DNA from: Berkelbacteria bacterium GW2011_GWE1_39_12
GTDB taxonomy: Bacteria; Patescibacteriota; UBA1384; UBA12157
Assembly (NCBI GenBank): GCA_001029735.1
Contig: CP011213.1
Span: 11,709-75,708, forward strand
DNA length: 64,000 nt
Direction of reading: 5' to 3'
Below are positions 49,038 to 59,461 of this stretch, piece by piece; position 1 is the first letter of the stretch, and every line of letters starts with the position of its first letter. The notes below the pieces were generated by a model, which had not been told where the DNA came from, did not search any database, and worked only from the letters and a program-made list of their open reading frames with translations. A program made the position numbers and the translations under genes.

Positions 49038-49447
49038 GCATTCCCTTTCATCATGGCTTCATCGATCGCTTCATTAACCAATTTGTCGGCAACTTTATTT
49101 TGTTCGCGTGGCACATGTTGGAAAAATACTTTACCACCCAATCTCAAGATTAAATCTCTAATTTCCCAAAATAAAGGCTTCAAGCCTTCATTTTTTAGTT
49201 TGTAATTACCGTTCAGCTGTTCAACAACTAGTTGGGAGTCGAGATAAAATTGAATTTCTAATTCTTCAGCAAAGTTATTGACAATATATTTTAAGGCTTC
49301 CAATACGGCAGTATATTCAGCTTGGTTATTTGTGGCAACACCAATATATTTTCCGATTTTAGTTTCTGGCAAAATCAAAAAACCGATTCCTGCGTGACCA
49401 GGATTGCCACGTGATCCGCCGTCGGTAAAAACTGTAAGCTGTTGCAT
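49034..49447 (-). CDS. rnhA: ribonuclease HI family protein
   Basis: TDGGSRGNPG, TNNQAEY, DSQLVV, VPREQNKVAD. Confidence 0.92.
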   Translation of the reverse strand: MQQLTVFTDGGSRGNPGHAGIGFLILPETKIGKYIGVATNNQAEYTAVLEALKYIVNNFAEELEIQFYLDSQLVVEQLNGNYKLKNEGLKPLFWEIRDLILRLGGKVFFQHVPREQNKVADKLVNEAIDEAMMKGNA

Positions 49448-49544
49448 TTTTATTACTCCTCAAAAATATTTTATTCGTATCTATATTTTAACAAAAAAAA
49501 GAAGACACTACCAGGGGGCAGGTCTTCTTTTTTATAGTCTTCTA

Positions 49545-52500
49545 TTACTTTAAATTTTCTAAAATAGAGTAATAATCCACTGATTTCTGTATGCCTCGTT
49601 CATTCCAATTCACATTGACGTCGACTCTAACTGAAGAAGGGTTTCCAGCCGGGGCAACGATAATCGGTATAGTAGTAACATGGGGTGTAGCTGTCCCCTG
49701 TTCAATAATAAGTCTTGCAGTATACATATTGGCTGAGACATAAACAGTTGCCGGATTAGCAGGTGTAGAGATAGAGGTGACTGTGAAAGATTGGGCATTT
49801 GCCTTATATCCAGCATCGTTAACATCTAAATCGGTAAGCGGACCGCAGAAGTGACTAACATTACTAACACTGTTTTTTGCTCCACTAGTTATTGCAGAAT
49901 CCGGGCAATTCCACCAGAAAGAATAACTAATAGATCCAGTGGCTGTACTAGCAGAATCACGATTGGCAGTTAAAATAGTGGATAACGGCATAAAACCGGT
50001 TGAAGGAATTGCCGATAATGTAGCCGAAAGTGTTGTTGCCGATGCGGTATAATTAACACTCGTTGATGCCGTGCTGCTTTTTGTTCCTCTCTCAATATAT
50101 ACTCTAGGATTATAAGTTCCAGCATTATAAGTCGCAGTGTGCGATGCTGAAGAGTTTGAAGTGTTAATATTAGCCGCAAATGGCAATTGCCCACCACATT
50201 TCATCACCCCTGAAACATACCCCGGCGCCACACTGCAATCCATCCAAAAATAATAATTATATGTCTCACTGGTGAAGCCGGTTGAGGTTGGCGTTGCGGT
50301 TATATTCACATTCATTGGCGCAGGACCGGTTGAAGGCGCCGCTGTAATACCGACGGTCAAGGTTTGTGGTGGAGTAACGTACAAGATGACCTGTGCGCTT
50401 GTAAATTTTTCCCAGTTGTAATTGCAGAAAAGGGTAAAAGTATGAGCCTGTGTAATATTAGAAATTGTCGATGAACCGCTACTTGCCGGCGATGAGGTAT
50501 TCCAATTCCAATTACTTTCAGTAGGACTACCTGCGGTGTAACAAGTAGTGGCATTGCTTTGCGACCAATTTAATATCACCGACCCACCATAAGGAATTGT
50601 AATGGCAGGAGCATTTCCTGCGTCATCGGTGTTGGTTTTTTGGTTACTTGGATTACTGCTATCTATTTCCATCAAACTAACCGACGGAGTCACAGAAGCA
50701 CCAACATTAACATTCACGTTAGCATTGGCATTTCCCCCTGGACCCGTACAAGACATACTGTAAGAACGACTCGAAGTAAGATTCCCAGTTGACTCGCCGG
50801 TAGTATTGGAAGTTGCACGGCTGCCCGTCCATGAACCAGAAACAGTACAAGCGGTAGCATTGGATGTGGTCCATGTAAGATTCGCAGCCGTGTTGTACGA
50901 AATTGTTGTTGAACCAGAATGATTATTTGCTCTCAAATCAATTGTCGGGCCAGGTGCTGAACTGACAGTAACCGCAGGAGCCTGAACCGTTGCTCCTGTA
51001 TTTGAGTTATAAATGAATACAAAAGGATGCTTTGTCCCAGCTGTACTATATGTATAAGGAGCAAGATTATTAGTCGTCATATTCCAATAATTAATACCAT
51101 CACCGTTGTAAATGTGATATTCTGGCTGTTTATTACAAAAATTTGCACTACTGTACCAATCCTTTAATGTGCTCGCAGTATAATTGGCAAGTGACAGGTT
51201 TGTAGTCGTTGGTCCATTAGAACAATCTTCCCAATAATAATAGTTAAACCAATCGCCGTAAGAAGATGTAACGCTATCCAGATTGCCGGCAGAGGCAGTC
51301 AAATAAACATTTTGGCCGACTGAATAGCTTGATAAATCGCTGTGCAGATTGGCCGACATAGTAAATGGTGGTGGCGGTGAACCCACGTTCACATTTACAG
51401 TAGCAGTAGGACTGCTGCCACTAGAATTAGTACAATAAAGGCTATAAGATTTAGAGCTGGTCAAAGCACCTGTCGATTGAGAGCCAGAAACACTTTTAGC
51501 GCCCGACCAGCTGCCTGAAGCCGTGCAAGAGGTAGGATTATTTGTTGATGACCAAGCAAGGGTTGCAGCGGTATTGTATGGAATAGTAATTGTTCCAGTA
51601 TTACCATTTGCGGTTAAATTGACCGTTGGTGTCAAGATAGCGTCTACAGTTACTGTTGCGGAGGCATAATCAGCCAAGCCTCCCCTTTCCACTACGTAAA
51701 CTGGCGTATATGTTCCTGCACTTGTGTAAATATGATCCACAGCCCAACCCGTACTGGTTTGATTATCTTTTTTAAAACCTGTCACGGTAGTACTGTCGTT
51801 TGTCAAAGTACCACAGACTTTACTAACCGAAGTATAATCTTTAGCGGTAGCAGTAGCATAATTCGGACAATTCCACCAAAAACTAAAGTTGTAATTGCCT
51901 GTTTGATTTTGGCTAACACTTGATCCGGTAAGTTTTGTTGAAGTAGCAGTATTAACTGCAGAAGGTACAGCGGTTAATGCTGCGCTAAGTGATGGCACCG
52001 GCGTCGCTACTGCGGTGTTTAAAAAACCACTCGCTCCTGAAAAGTTGGCGCTGTAAGTAAAATCCTGTACTTTACCGCCCGTACATCGGTCGACGCTTCC
52101 GATCAATGTATTATGATAAAGCATTTCAGAATAAAGGGCGGCCGGCGTACTTGCAAAGGAAATGTTTGCGGAGATAGTACCCGTATTTGTTACCGTGTAG
52201 ACATGGGGACTTACATATGTAAGATTAACAAGTGAACTTTCACTGAAGTTCGTTGGAGAATTGACCGCAAAGTTTGTATACAAGGTACGCTCTAAACCAA
52301 TTGTATCAAAGCTCCCGGTTTCTGCCGTTGGGACCGAGCAACCTTGATCATTGCTTCCCCAATATCCGGATCGGCTATACTGACCCAGCACGCCAATAGT
52401 ATTAATGAGTGAACTATTATAATTGTAAGCTGCAGCATACCCGAAATGGTTTGAATCCGGATATAACGCAAACCCAGGATTAGAGCCTTGTAATGATTTA

Positions 52501-52823
52501 AAAACAATAGTGTCGCCTTTATAAATAGTGTTTCCACTTGCATCTTTTCCCGTATTGCCTGTAATCGAGATATCAGTACCATTAACACGATGATAGGCGC
52601 CAAAACCAAAAGTAAAACTCCCCTTAAAATCAAAAACGTTTGTCATATTTGTGCTGTCATAATAAGCCGTATCAGGCGATGTCCAGGTGGTCGATTTGTA
52701 ATATGGGTCAGCGTGAGCTTTGCCGAAACTTAAGAAAAATAATAAAGAAAAAGAAATCAAAATAAAAGTGCTTTTTCCAAAGAACATAAGTAATTTCATA
52801 GCTTTTGATTGGGATTGTATCAT
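49545..52823 (-). CDS. large secreted adhesin-like protein with PKD/Ig repeats and pilin-like C-terminal tag
   Basis: Signal peptide ending AHA; four FWWNC-type repeats; three W(S/T)xxN..C Ig-like repeats; C-terminus VRVDVNVNWNERGIQKSVDYYSILENLK. Confidence 0.82.
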   Translation of the reverse strand: MIQSQSKAMKLLMFFGKSTFILISFSLLFFLSFGKAHADPYYKSTTWTSPDTAYYDSTNMTNVFDFKGSFTFGFGAYHRVNGTDISITGNTGKDASGNTIYKGDTIVFKSLQGSNPGFALYPDSNHFGYAAAYNYNSSLINTIGVLGQYSRSGYWGSNDQGCSVPTAETGSFDTIGLERTLYTNFAVNSPTNFSESSLVNLTYVSPHVYTVTNTGTISANISFASTPAALYSEMLYHNTLIGSVDRCTGGKVQDFTYSANFSGASGFLNTAVATPVPSLSAALTAVPSAVNTATSTKLTGSSVSQNQTGNYNFSFWWNCPNYATATAKDYTSVSKVCGTLTNDSTTVTGFKKDNQTSTGWAVDHIYTSAGTYTPVYVVERGGLADYASATVTVDAILTPTVNLTANGNTGTITIPYNTAATLAWSSTNNPTSCTASGSWSGAKSVSGSQSTGALTSSKSYSLYCTNSSGSSPTATVNVNVGSPPPPFTMSANLHSDLSSYSVGQNVYLTASAGNLDSVTSSYGDWFNYYYWEDCSNGPTTTNLSLANYTASTLKDWYSSANFCNKQPEYHIYNGDGINYWNMTTNNLAPYTYSTAGTKHPFVFIYNSNTGATVQAPAVTVSSAPGPTIDLRANNHSGSTTISYNTAANLTWTTSNATACTVSGSWTGSRATSNTTGESTGNLTSSRSYSMSCTGPGGNANANVNVNVGASVTPSVSLMEIDSSNPSNQKTNTDDAGNAPAITIPYGGSVILNWSQSNATTCYTAGSPTESNWNWNTSSPASSGSSTISNITQAHTFTLFCNYNWEKFTSAQVILYVTPPQTLTVGITAAPSTGPAPMNVNITATPTSTGFTSETYNYYFWMDCSVAPGYVSGVMKCGGQLPFAANINTSNSSASHTATYNAGTYNPRVYIERGTKSSTASTSVNYTASATTLSATLSAIPSTGFMPLSTILTANRDSASTATGSISYSFWWNCPDSAITSGAKNSVSNVSHFCGPLTDLDVNDAGYKANAQSFTVTSISTPANPATVYVSANMYTARLIIEQGTATPHVTTIPIIVAPAGNPSSVRVDVNVNWNERGIQKSVDYYSILENLK

Positions 52824-52838
52824 TAATTACTCCGTTAT

Positions 52839-53477
52839 TTAATTTTGGGTAAATATTTTTTGAAGAAAATTAGCCGGGCTAGAAAGCTGAATACTGTTAA
52901 AAATGTTATTTGTATTTAAATTAGTATCAGTATCCTTTTGATTAAAATCAGAATAGAATTCCAAAACATATTTTCCTTGCTTGATAAATTTACCCTCACT
53001 TACAAAAGTTTCATCTTCATCTGTAAAGATTTTTGTCATCAAAATAAAATCCAACCCGTTCTCTTTCAAGGTGATAATTCCCGACTCTCCTTGTGTGTAC
53101 TTTATATAACTTTCTAAACTGTTTTTATCGAATGACCCTTTTTTTTGCGAAGCAGCGAATTTGTTGACATCAACAATTTTAACTTTAAAGGTGCTCGAAC
53201 CGGTAAAATTAAGTTGTTCTAAAACAGTGCCATTGAAACTTTTTACATCGGCTTTTTCTATTTTCCAATTTGTCGGATAACGGAAACTAAAGCCGTAATT
53301 ATTATTGCTATAGGTTTGCCAATCGGCAGGACCGGAAAAGCTAGTCGTTTTTACGTGAGAATCTTCTTTCACTTTCAGTTCATAACGCCAAATTAACAGG
53401 CTAGCCGTAATTAGAGCAATAATTATAAGTATAATTCCTATAATTTTTTTATTTTTTAGTATATTGGTCTCTGCCAT
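52839..53477 (-). CDS. membrane-anchored PsbP-like domain protein
   Basis: N-terminal TM; WQTYSNNNYGFSFRYPTNW motif. Confidence 0.7.
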   Translation of the reverse strand: MAETNILKNKKIIGIILIIIALITASLLIWRYELKVKEDSHVKTTSFSGPADWQTYSNNNYGFSFRYPTNWKIEKADVKSFNGTVLEQLNFTGSSTFKVKIVDVNKFAASQKKGSFDKNSLESYIKYTQGESGIITLKENGLDFILMTKIFTDEDETFVSEGKFIKQGKYVLEFYSDFNQKDTDTNLNTNNIFNSIQLSSPANFLQKIFTQN

Positions 53478-53585
53478 CCCACTCCTTTTTTAGAACTTTT
53501 AAATACAAACAAAAAAAACTGTCTTTATAAATACATTATAGAATAGACACAACCCTAATTCAAATAATGCTAATCAATAGATCGT

Positions 53586-55784
53586 CTAATTATTTAGATT
53601 TTCTAAAACCGAATAATAATCAACCGATTTAGGCTCACCCCGTTCATCCCAACCAACGTTAACATCAACTCTAATTGACGAAGGGTTTCCAGCCGGCGCA
53701 ACTGTAACATCGGCAGTAGCCACTTTAGCCAAAGACCCACGTTCAATAACAACAACTGTATGGTAAATGCCGGCGCCGGTATAGGCATGTAAAATTGGCA
53801 ATAAAGTTGTCGTAACGCCATCGTGCGTTTTATCACCTATATTAGGATTACCTAAAGGATTACCGCAAGCTGCGACAGTGGATGCATAATCAGAACCAGG
53901 AGTAGAACAATCCCACCAGAAGGTATAGTTAATACTACCAGTCATAGAGCCCCCAGTTGTTGCGGTCAATGTCGTGTTAAGAGGACTAAGTCCTGAAGAT
54001 GGCATAGCTATTAGTTCAGCCGTCAGCGTAGGAGTAGTATTTGCCGTGACAGCGACACGGCTTTCGGCAGATAAAGTACCGCGTTCTATAACCACTTTAA
54101 CCGTAAATATACCAACCGAACTGTATGAGGCCATTGTTTTTTTTGGAATATCCGTAACGCCATCAAATTTGGCTTGAGGACTGCCACAAGCAGCAAGCGT
54201 TGTCATGTAAGTCGTTGCGATACTATTACAATTCCACCAAAATGAATAGCTTATTGTTCCAGTAGCTGTGCCCCCTGGAATCGCTGTGAGTTCCGGACTA
54301 AACGTAATTGGCCCGCTTACAGGGTTGGCGACCAAACTGGCGGTTAAAGTTTGTGGTGCGCTCGTTACAGTGACAGTTGCTCGACTTTCCGCCGAGAGAG
54401 CACCGCGCTCGATGATAACTTTACCATAATACGCTCCAGCCGGTGTATAAGTATTTGTCGCCACTAGCAAAATATTACTTATTCCATCTTTTTTAAATCC
54501 GATTGTTGCCGTATGAGGATCACCGCAGGCTGTGACGGCAGCAGCATAGGTCATAGCCGTGCTATTACAATTCCACCAAAAAGAATAGTTTAAAGTTCCA
54601 GTAGCCGTTCCGCCCGCATTGGCAGTTAATGAAGTACCCAATGGCGCCGGGCCATTAGCCGGATTTGCCGACAAACTAGCAGTTAATGCAGGAGGTGTAA
54701 CAACTACATTGACATTCGCATTTGCATTAGAGTTTCCGTTAACGCAAGTTATGCTATACGATTTACTAGCTATTAAATTTCCTGTTGTCTGCGTTCCTGA
54801 AGTAGCAGTGCTCGTTGTCCATGCGGCATTGCAAGAAGTTGCATTACTTGAACTCCACGCTAAATTCGCTGAAGCATTATAAGCAATAGTAGTCGAACCT
54901 GACGAACCGTTGGCGGTTAAGGTTACAGTCGGTGCGGGCGGACTATTGACCGTGATTGTTGCTCTTTTTTCAGCAGTAAGGGATCCGCGTTCGATAATAA
55001 CTTTGCCGTAATAAGTACCGGCCGGTGAATATGAGTGAGATACTGTTTGTGGGTTAGCGCTAGTTCCATCAAACTTTGCTCCAATGGTTGAAGTATGAGG
55101 ATCACCGCAAGCCATGACAGTAGCAGCATAAGTCGAAGACGTACTATTGCAATTCCACCAAAATGAATAATTAATCGTACCAGTAACATTACCGCCTGGC
55201 GTTGCAGTTAAGGTTGTATTTAACGGCGACACCCCTGAATTTGGGTTGGCAGCAAGATTAGCTGTTAAAGACGGAGAATCCCATACCCAATCAGAAATAC
55301 CTTGCTTATGGTAATAATAAGTTGGGCCCGACATGTATGGCTGAGTGTAAGTTTTAAAATAAGCAGTCACCCGACCGTTAGAATCTGCTAACATAAACAT
55401 GCTTCCGTTAGCAAAAGCCTCGGCACCAGAACAAGTAGTATTGTATCCCATCGGGTCATATTCATCCGCCAAAAGCACGTTTGTTGGGCTAGTGACTTTT
55501 CCTTCAACCCTGTAAGAACGACAAGTTCCCGAAATACTAGTATGAATGATATAACTAAAAGTATTACCGTTCTTTAAGGTCATGCTGCCCCAAGTATCGG
55601 TAGGTACTAATTTTGATGAAGAATTGCTAACTGAGGTTTGATATTCGGAAAGAGAGCTCCCAACGATCGAGCCCCAAATTCCGCTGGCCGCCATAATTTT
55701 AGCAGGACGAGAAAAAACTGCTATTGTAAAAGAGACCAGCAAAATAGCGAAAAATATAGCAATTATAAAACGGTTTTTTTTCAT
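53586..55784 (-). CDS. secreted adhesin-like protein with four PKD-like repeats and pilin-like C-terminal tag
   Basis: Signal peptide; four Y(S/T)FWW(N/D)C...IERG repeats; C-terminus IRVDVNVGWDERGEPKSVDYYSVLENLNN. Confidence 0.82.
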   Translation of the reverse strand: MKKNRFIIAIFFAILLVSFTIAVFSRPAKIMAASGIWGSIVGSSLSEYQTSVSNSSSKLVPTDTWGSMTLKNGNTFSYIIHTSISGTCRSYRVEGKVTSPTNVLLADEYDPMGYNTTCSGAEAFANGSMFMLADSNGRVTAYFKTYTQPYMSGPTYYYHKQGISDWVWDSPSLTANLAANPNSGVSPLNTTLTATPGGNVTGTINYSFWWNCNSTSSTYAATVMACGDPHTSTIGAKFDGTSANPQTVSHSYSPAGTYYGKVIIERGSLTAEKRATITVNSPPAPTVTLTANGSSGSTTIAYNASANLAWSSSNATSCNAAWTTSTATSGTQTTGNLIASKSYSITCVNGNSNANANVNVVVTPPALTASLSANPANGPAPLGTSLTANAGGTATGTLNYSFWWNCNSTAMTYAAAVTACGDPHTATIGFKKDGISNILLVATNTYTPAGAYYGKVIIERGALSAESRATVTVTSAPQTLTASLVANPVSGPITFSPELTAIPGGTATGTISYSFWWNCNSIATTYMTTLAACGSPQAKFDGVTDIPKKTMASYSSVGIFTVKVVIERGTLSAESRVAVTANTTPTLTAELIAMPSSGLSPLNTTLTATTGGSMTGSINYTFWWDCSTPGSDYASTVAACGNPLGNPNIGDKTHDGVTTTLLPILHAYTGAGIYHTVVVIERGSLAKVATADVTVAPAGNPSSIRVDVNVGWDERGEPKSVDYYSVLENLNN

Positions 55785-55801
55785 AATTTAAGATTAACAA
55801 A

Positions 55802-57106
55802 TTAAGGTGTTGGGCGGATTGCGATTCCGATCGGTTTAGGAATACCTGGAAACGACCAAGTATCTAGCAGGTTTATCGAACTTCCATTGACGGCATATCG
55901 AATAATTTGTTGTTCACTATCATTTACGAGATAAAGATTACCATCGGCGCCAATGACGGTTTGCTCAACGCCATTTGCATTTGTAAGAAAAGATCCTTGG
56001 CGGTCTAGATTTTTATTGAAAGTAATAATTTTGACTTTAGGATTTGAACTTACAGACACATAAACCACATCTCCTGCAATCACAACGGATTCCGGAGGAC
56101 CATCGGCTGAAGAAATAGCTTTCGTAAGCGGATTAGTCAAATCTGCATCAAATCTGCTGATATGACCATTAGAAGCTACTAGATCGCTATCAGTAACATA
56201 AACTTTCCCTTCCGGACTAACGGCGACTTGATTAATGTAATTAGTCACAGGAATTGAAAGTGTTACAGAAGCATCACATTTACCCGTATCTAAACGGCAT
56301 CGCTGAACTCTTGGGACCTGATCAGTAATATACATATAATCGCCAAAGATGGTTATGCCTTCCGGATGATTAAATTCATCCAACGCATTTCCTGAATCAG
56401 TCGCTGCAGAATTAGATGTTGTATTCCAAGCGCCGTTAGCACCTTTCCCTATCCAGCCTTTAAAATCTAGATTCCGACCAGTATTATCATAAAGATATTT
56501 TGCGATTCTGTGATTACCGCCGTCTGCTACATAAAGGTTGCTTTTATTATCGATTTTAATGTCTACAGCAATACAGTCAGGATTTTTTAACTTGGTTGCA
56601 GCGTAATTAAAAGATTTAATCTCTCTACCGCGCTCGTCTAATACGTAAATTGCTTTTTCACTATTAGTTGAATTGACTTGATTATTACTCACGAAGATAT
56701 CTTGTCTTATGCCAACTGGCGAAAATTTGATTTTAACATTATAAGTAGTGTTACCTAAGGACATAGGAAATGATGATTGGTCAGCTATCTGCGAAACCGC
56801 CCAAACTCCGGCTGTATTATTTAATCTATATGATTTCGTGTAATCAGAAATTAGATCTAAAAAGTCACTATAGCCAGTTGAGCTGCCTAAAAGCTTGGCA
56901 TCACGCGCCGATTTCACTTTATTGATCTGTCCTTCAGCTATATTAGTAGCAGTTTGTTGATGTTTAGTGTAAGCAGCTAATCGAATATTCAGCACCTCAA
57001 CGCCAACAGCACCGCCAAGGACTAGAAGTAAAATTCCAATAGCAACCAATAATTCGACAAGTGTAAAACCCTTTGATTTTATTTGGGAAAACCCGTATTT
57101 TTCCAT
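55802..57106 (-). CDS. PilV-like minor pilin fused to NHL/beta-propeller
   Basis: G|FTLVE class III signal; ATNIAEGQINKVKSARD helix; LYVADGGNHRI, FNHPEGI, VAVSPEGKVYVTD. Confidence 0.85.
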   Translation of the reverse strand: MEKYGFSQIKSKGFTLVELLVAIGILLLVLGGAVGVEVLNIRLAAYTKHQQTATNIAEGQINKVKSARDAKLLGSSTGYSDFLDLISDYTKSYRLNNTAGVWAVSQIADQSSFPMSLGNTTYNVKIKFSPVGIRQDIFVSNNQVNSTNSEKAIYVLDERGREIKSFNYAATKLKNPDCIAVDIKIDNKSNLYVADGGNHRIAKYLYDNTGRNLDFKGWIGKGANGAWNTTSNSAATDSGNALDEFNHPEGITIFGDYMYITDQVPRVQRCRLDTGKCDASVTLSIPVTNYINQVAVSPEGKVYVTDSDLVASNGHISRFDADLTNPLTKAISSADGPPESVVIAGDVVYVSVSSNPKVKIITFNKNLDRQGSFLTNANGVEQTVIGADGNLYLVNDSEQQIIRYAVNGSSINLLDTWSFPGIPKPIGIAIRPTP

Positions 57107-57118
57107 AATTAATTTCTC

Positions 57119-57481
57119 CTATGAACCTATCTGAGTTACTTTACCGGTCGAAACATCATATCTAAATCCCATGTAGCTATTTTTAAATTTAGCTTTTGAC
57201 TCAACAGAACCACTGCAAACTTTGACGTCTGCTTCGCCTTCTGCCGGATTTGATTGATTTATATAAAATTTCATCGAAGTAGTACAAGAGGTGAAATGGC
57301 CTACAATTTGTTCAACTATCCCCCACTCTAATCCGCTCTGAGCCACTTGTCTTACTTGAGTTGTTTCGTCAGCCTTTCTTGCGATGGAAATACTGGCGAA
57401 GGAAGATGCACCAATGGCTATAATCGTGGTACTGATCAAAGCGACTAATAGGACGACATAAATTAATGCAAAACCTTTCAA
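57119..57481 (-). CDS. PilX-like minor pilin (lacks Glu5), minimal size
   Basis: G|FALIY, AQSGLEWG. Confidence 0.75.
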   Translation of the reverse strand: MKGFALIYVVLLVALISTTIIAIGASSFASISIARKADETTQVRQVAQSGLEWGIVEQIVGHFTSCTTSMKFYINQSNPAEGEADVKVCSGSVESKAKFKNSYMGFRYDVSTGKVTQIGS

Positions 57482-57494
57482 ACTTACTCCTTAA

Positions 57495-58097
57495 CTAAAA
57501 CTTACTTACAGTGCCATAATTCAAAGTATAAGTATTTTCCATGGTACTTGTAGTCGTATTTTTTTTATCTTGTGCAACTACGCTAATGTATAAATAGGGA
57601 GAATTTTTGAGTCCTGTCTCATAATCTTTCGTTTCAGATGTGTTTCCAAACCCATTATCAAAAGTCATAATATCTATACTAGATGGAGAAAGCTGTTGAC
57701 CAGTAGAGGCTATACCTGTAGCCGATTCTGGATAAGTTGCACTACAGGTCGAAACCGACTTTGTATACAAAGCGGTACCGGACTTGGCTAGATAATTGCA
57801 ACCAGTTCCATCATTGCTACCAAAAACAACCAAGTTTGCATTTATCACGCGAAAACCATAAATCGTATTCCCGCCGACTGCAACTTTACCAGCACTGTTC
57901 ATTTGGCCATTAACATAGCTAAAGACCGAATTCAGGTTTTTGTTTAAATTATAAGTGTTCGCCGACTGAGTTCTGCCGGTAATAAATCCTACAAGTAAAG
58001 ATGATGAGCCAATTAGGATGATCATACTAAAAATGAATATAACTACCATTAATTCTGTTAAGCTAAAAGCTTTACTAAATTTAGTTTTTCTTAACAT
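57495..58097 (-). CDS. PilW-like minor pilin
   Basis: A|FSLTELMVVI. Confidence 0.8.
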   Translation of the reverse strand: MLRKTKFSKAFSLTELMVVIFIFSMIILIGSSSLLVGFITGRTQSANTYNLNKNLNSVFSYVNGQMNSAGKVAVGGNTIYGFRVINANLVVFGSNDGTGCNYLAKSGTALYTKSVSTCSATYPESATGIASTGQQLSPSSIDIMTFDNGFGNTSETKDYETGLKNSPYLYISVVAQDKKNTTTSTMENTYTLNYGTVSKF

Positions 58098-58524
58098 CGA
58101 CGCTCCCATTTTGAAAAACATTTACTTTATAACTTTCACCAGTTGGACCAGTTAAAACAAGTGATTTTTTAGCCGTTTGTCCGCTGGCATTGAAAGAAAT
58201 TGGACCGCCACTAATAGTAATGCTCGATGGCAAAGTTGATTCAAAAATCCGTGCACCCAAAGCGGAATTTTCAGTTACAGTTAACTTTTTCGTTGGTGAC
58301 GTAATTACATTTACCCATACCGAGCTAACCCCCATGTTCTTAGGTGAAATAGCGTAGCTTCTAGCCCTCAAGATAGTGTCACTTGTTTTCTGTGCAGCAA
58401 CTTGAACGTCTCTGACTTTTCGGACTGTGTAATATGAGGAAAATGATAACGCGCCCAATATACCTACAATACCAATTACAACCATCATTTCAGCTAGCGT
58501 AAAGCCTTTTGAAGTTTTCATCAT
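58081..58524 (-). CDS. FimT/FimU-like minor pilin
   Basis: G|FTLAEMMVVI, RARSYAI, ISFNASG. Confidence 0.82.
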   Translation of the reverse strand: MMKTSKGFTLAEMMVVIGIVGILGALSFSSYYTVRKVRDVQVAAQKTSDTILRARSYAISPKNMGVSSVWVNVITSPTKKLTVTENSALGARIFESTLPSSITISGGPISFNASGQTAKKSLVLTGPTGESYKVNVFQNGSVDVKKN

Positions 58525-59327
58525 GAACCCATCCCCAAGCTATTTAAATACCATTTGATAATTTGATCACCCCAAAAGATTGCCACGTAACCACCTATTA
58601 TTAAGAACGGCGCAAAAGGCACCATGTCTTTCATTGTTTTTTTTCTAGAAAAAATGAGGGCTAAGCTAATTACACTGCCTAGAGCAAAAGCGGCAAAGGT
58701 GGCAAGTAATACATTTGGCCAAAAACTAATAGCTCCTAGCAAAAAACCAAGTTTTATATCCCCTATCCCCATCCATTTTTCCCAAGAAACTAAAACAATC
58801 AAGCCTAAAAATCCGCCTAAAGCTAATCCGCCATAAAGAGAACTTAAAATAATCGGCAATGATTGCTGAATAAAAAAATAATCAACCACCAAATAAATTA
58901 CCCATAAACCAATTGATAACCAAATTAAAAAATCAGCAATTAAGAAATGTAAAATATCATAAGTTAAAACAACCATCAAAATCGATGAAATAATGAGCAA
59001 GACAGCAAATTCTAAACTAAAACCAAATTTCCAAAAAAGCAAAGCGAAAATCAGTGCCGTCGCTAATTCAACCAATGGATACTGAACAGAAATTGGCTTT
59101 TTACAAAATCTGCATTTGCCTGCCAATAATACAAAAGAAAAAAATGGGAATAAATCATACCAATGTAGTTGTTTTTTGCATTCTGGACAATGGGATCTAG
59201 TTTTTATGACTGATCGTAAATCATCAAACCGCAAAATTATTACATTCAAAAAAGAACCGATTATAAGACCAAAGATTGCTACAATAATGTAATCAAAATA
59301 AACATTAACAAGCATAGTTTCTTTCAA
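58521..59327 (-). CDS. pilD: prepilin peptidase
   Basis: GSFLNV, RSHCPEC..KCRFC, YPLVE, MGIGDIKL, VPFAPFL. Confidence 0.95.
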   Translation of the reverse strand: MKETMLVNVYFDYIIVAIFGLIIGSFLNVIILRFDDLRSVIKTRSHCPECKKQLHWYDLFPFFSFVLLAGKCRFCKKPISVQYPLVELATALIFALLFWKFGFSLEFAVLLIISSILMVVLTYDILHFLIADFLIWLSIGLWVIYLVVDYFFIQQSLPIILSSLYGGLALGGFLGLIVLVSWEKWMGIGDIKLGFLLGAISFWPNVLLATFAAFALGSVISLALIFSRKKTMKDMVPFAPFLIIGGYVAIFWGDQIIKWYLNSLGMGS

Positions 59328-59461
59328 AGCTTACATTACTGTTTCTTATGGAAGTTGTTTCCTGACGAGCTTTTAGAAAATAAAGAAAACCAAACAAGAT
59401 AATTGTTATAACAATTAAAGCAATGATTAACTCAATTAATGTAAAAGCTTTTTTCATATTT

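Noticed and set aside
49545-55784. Diversity-generating retroelement TR/VR pair at the shared C-termini
   Set aside because: No reverse transcriptase in the window; both copies are coding and the differences are mostly synonymous, not adenine-specific.
49545-57106. Shufflon or DNA-inversion system for PilV C-termini
   Set aside because: All genes are co-oriented with their own starts and signal peptides. No recombinase or repeated inversion sites are seen, and the shared part is the C-terminus rather than a crossover site.
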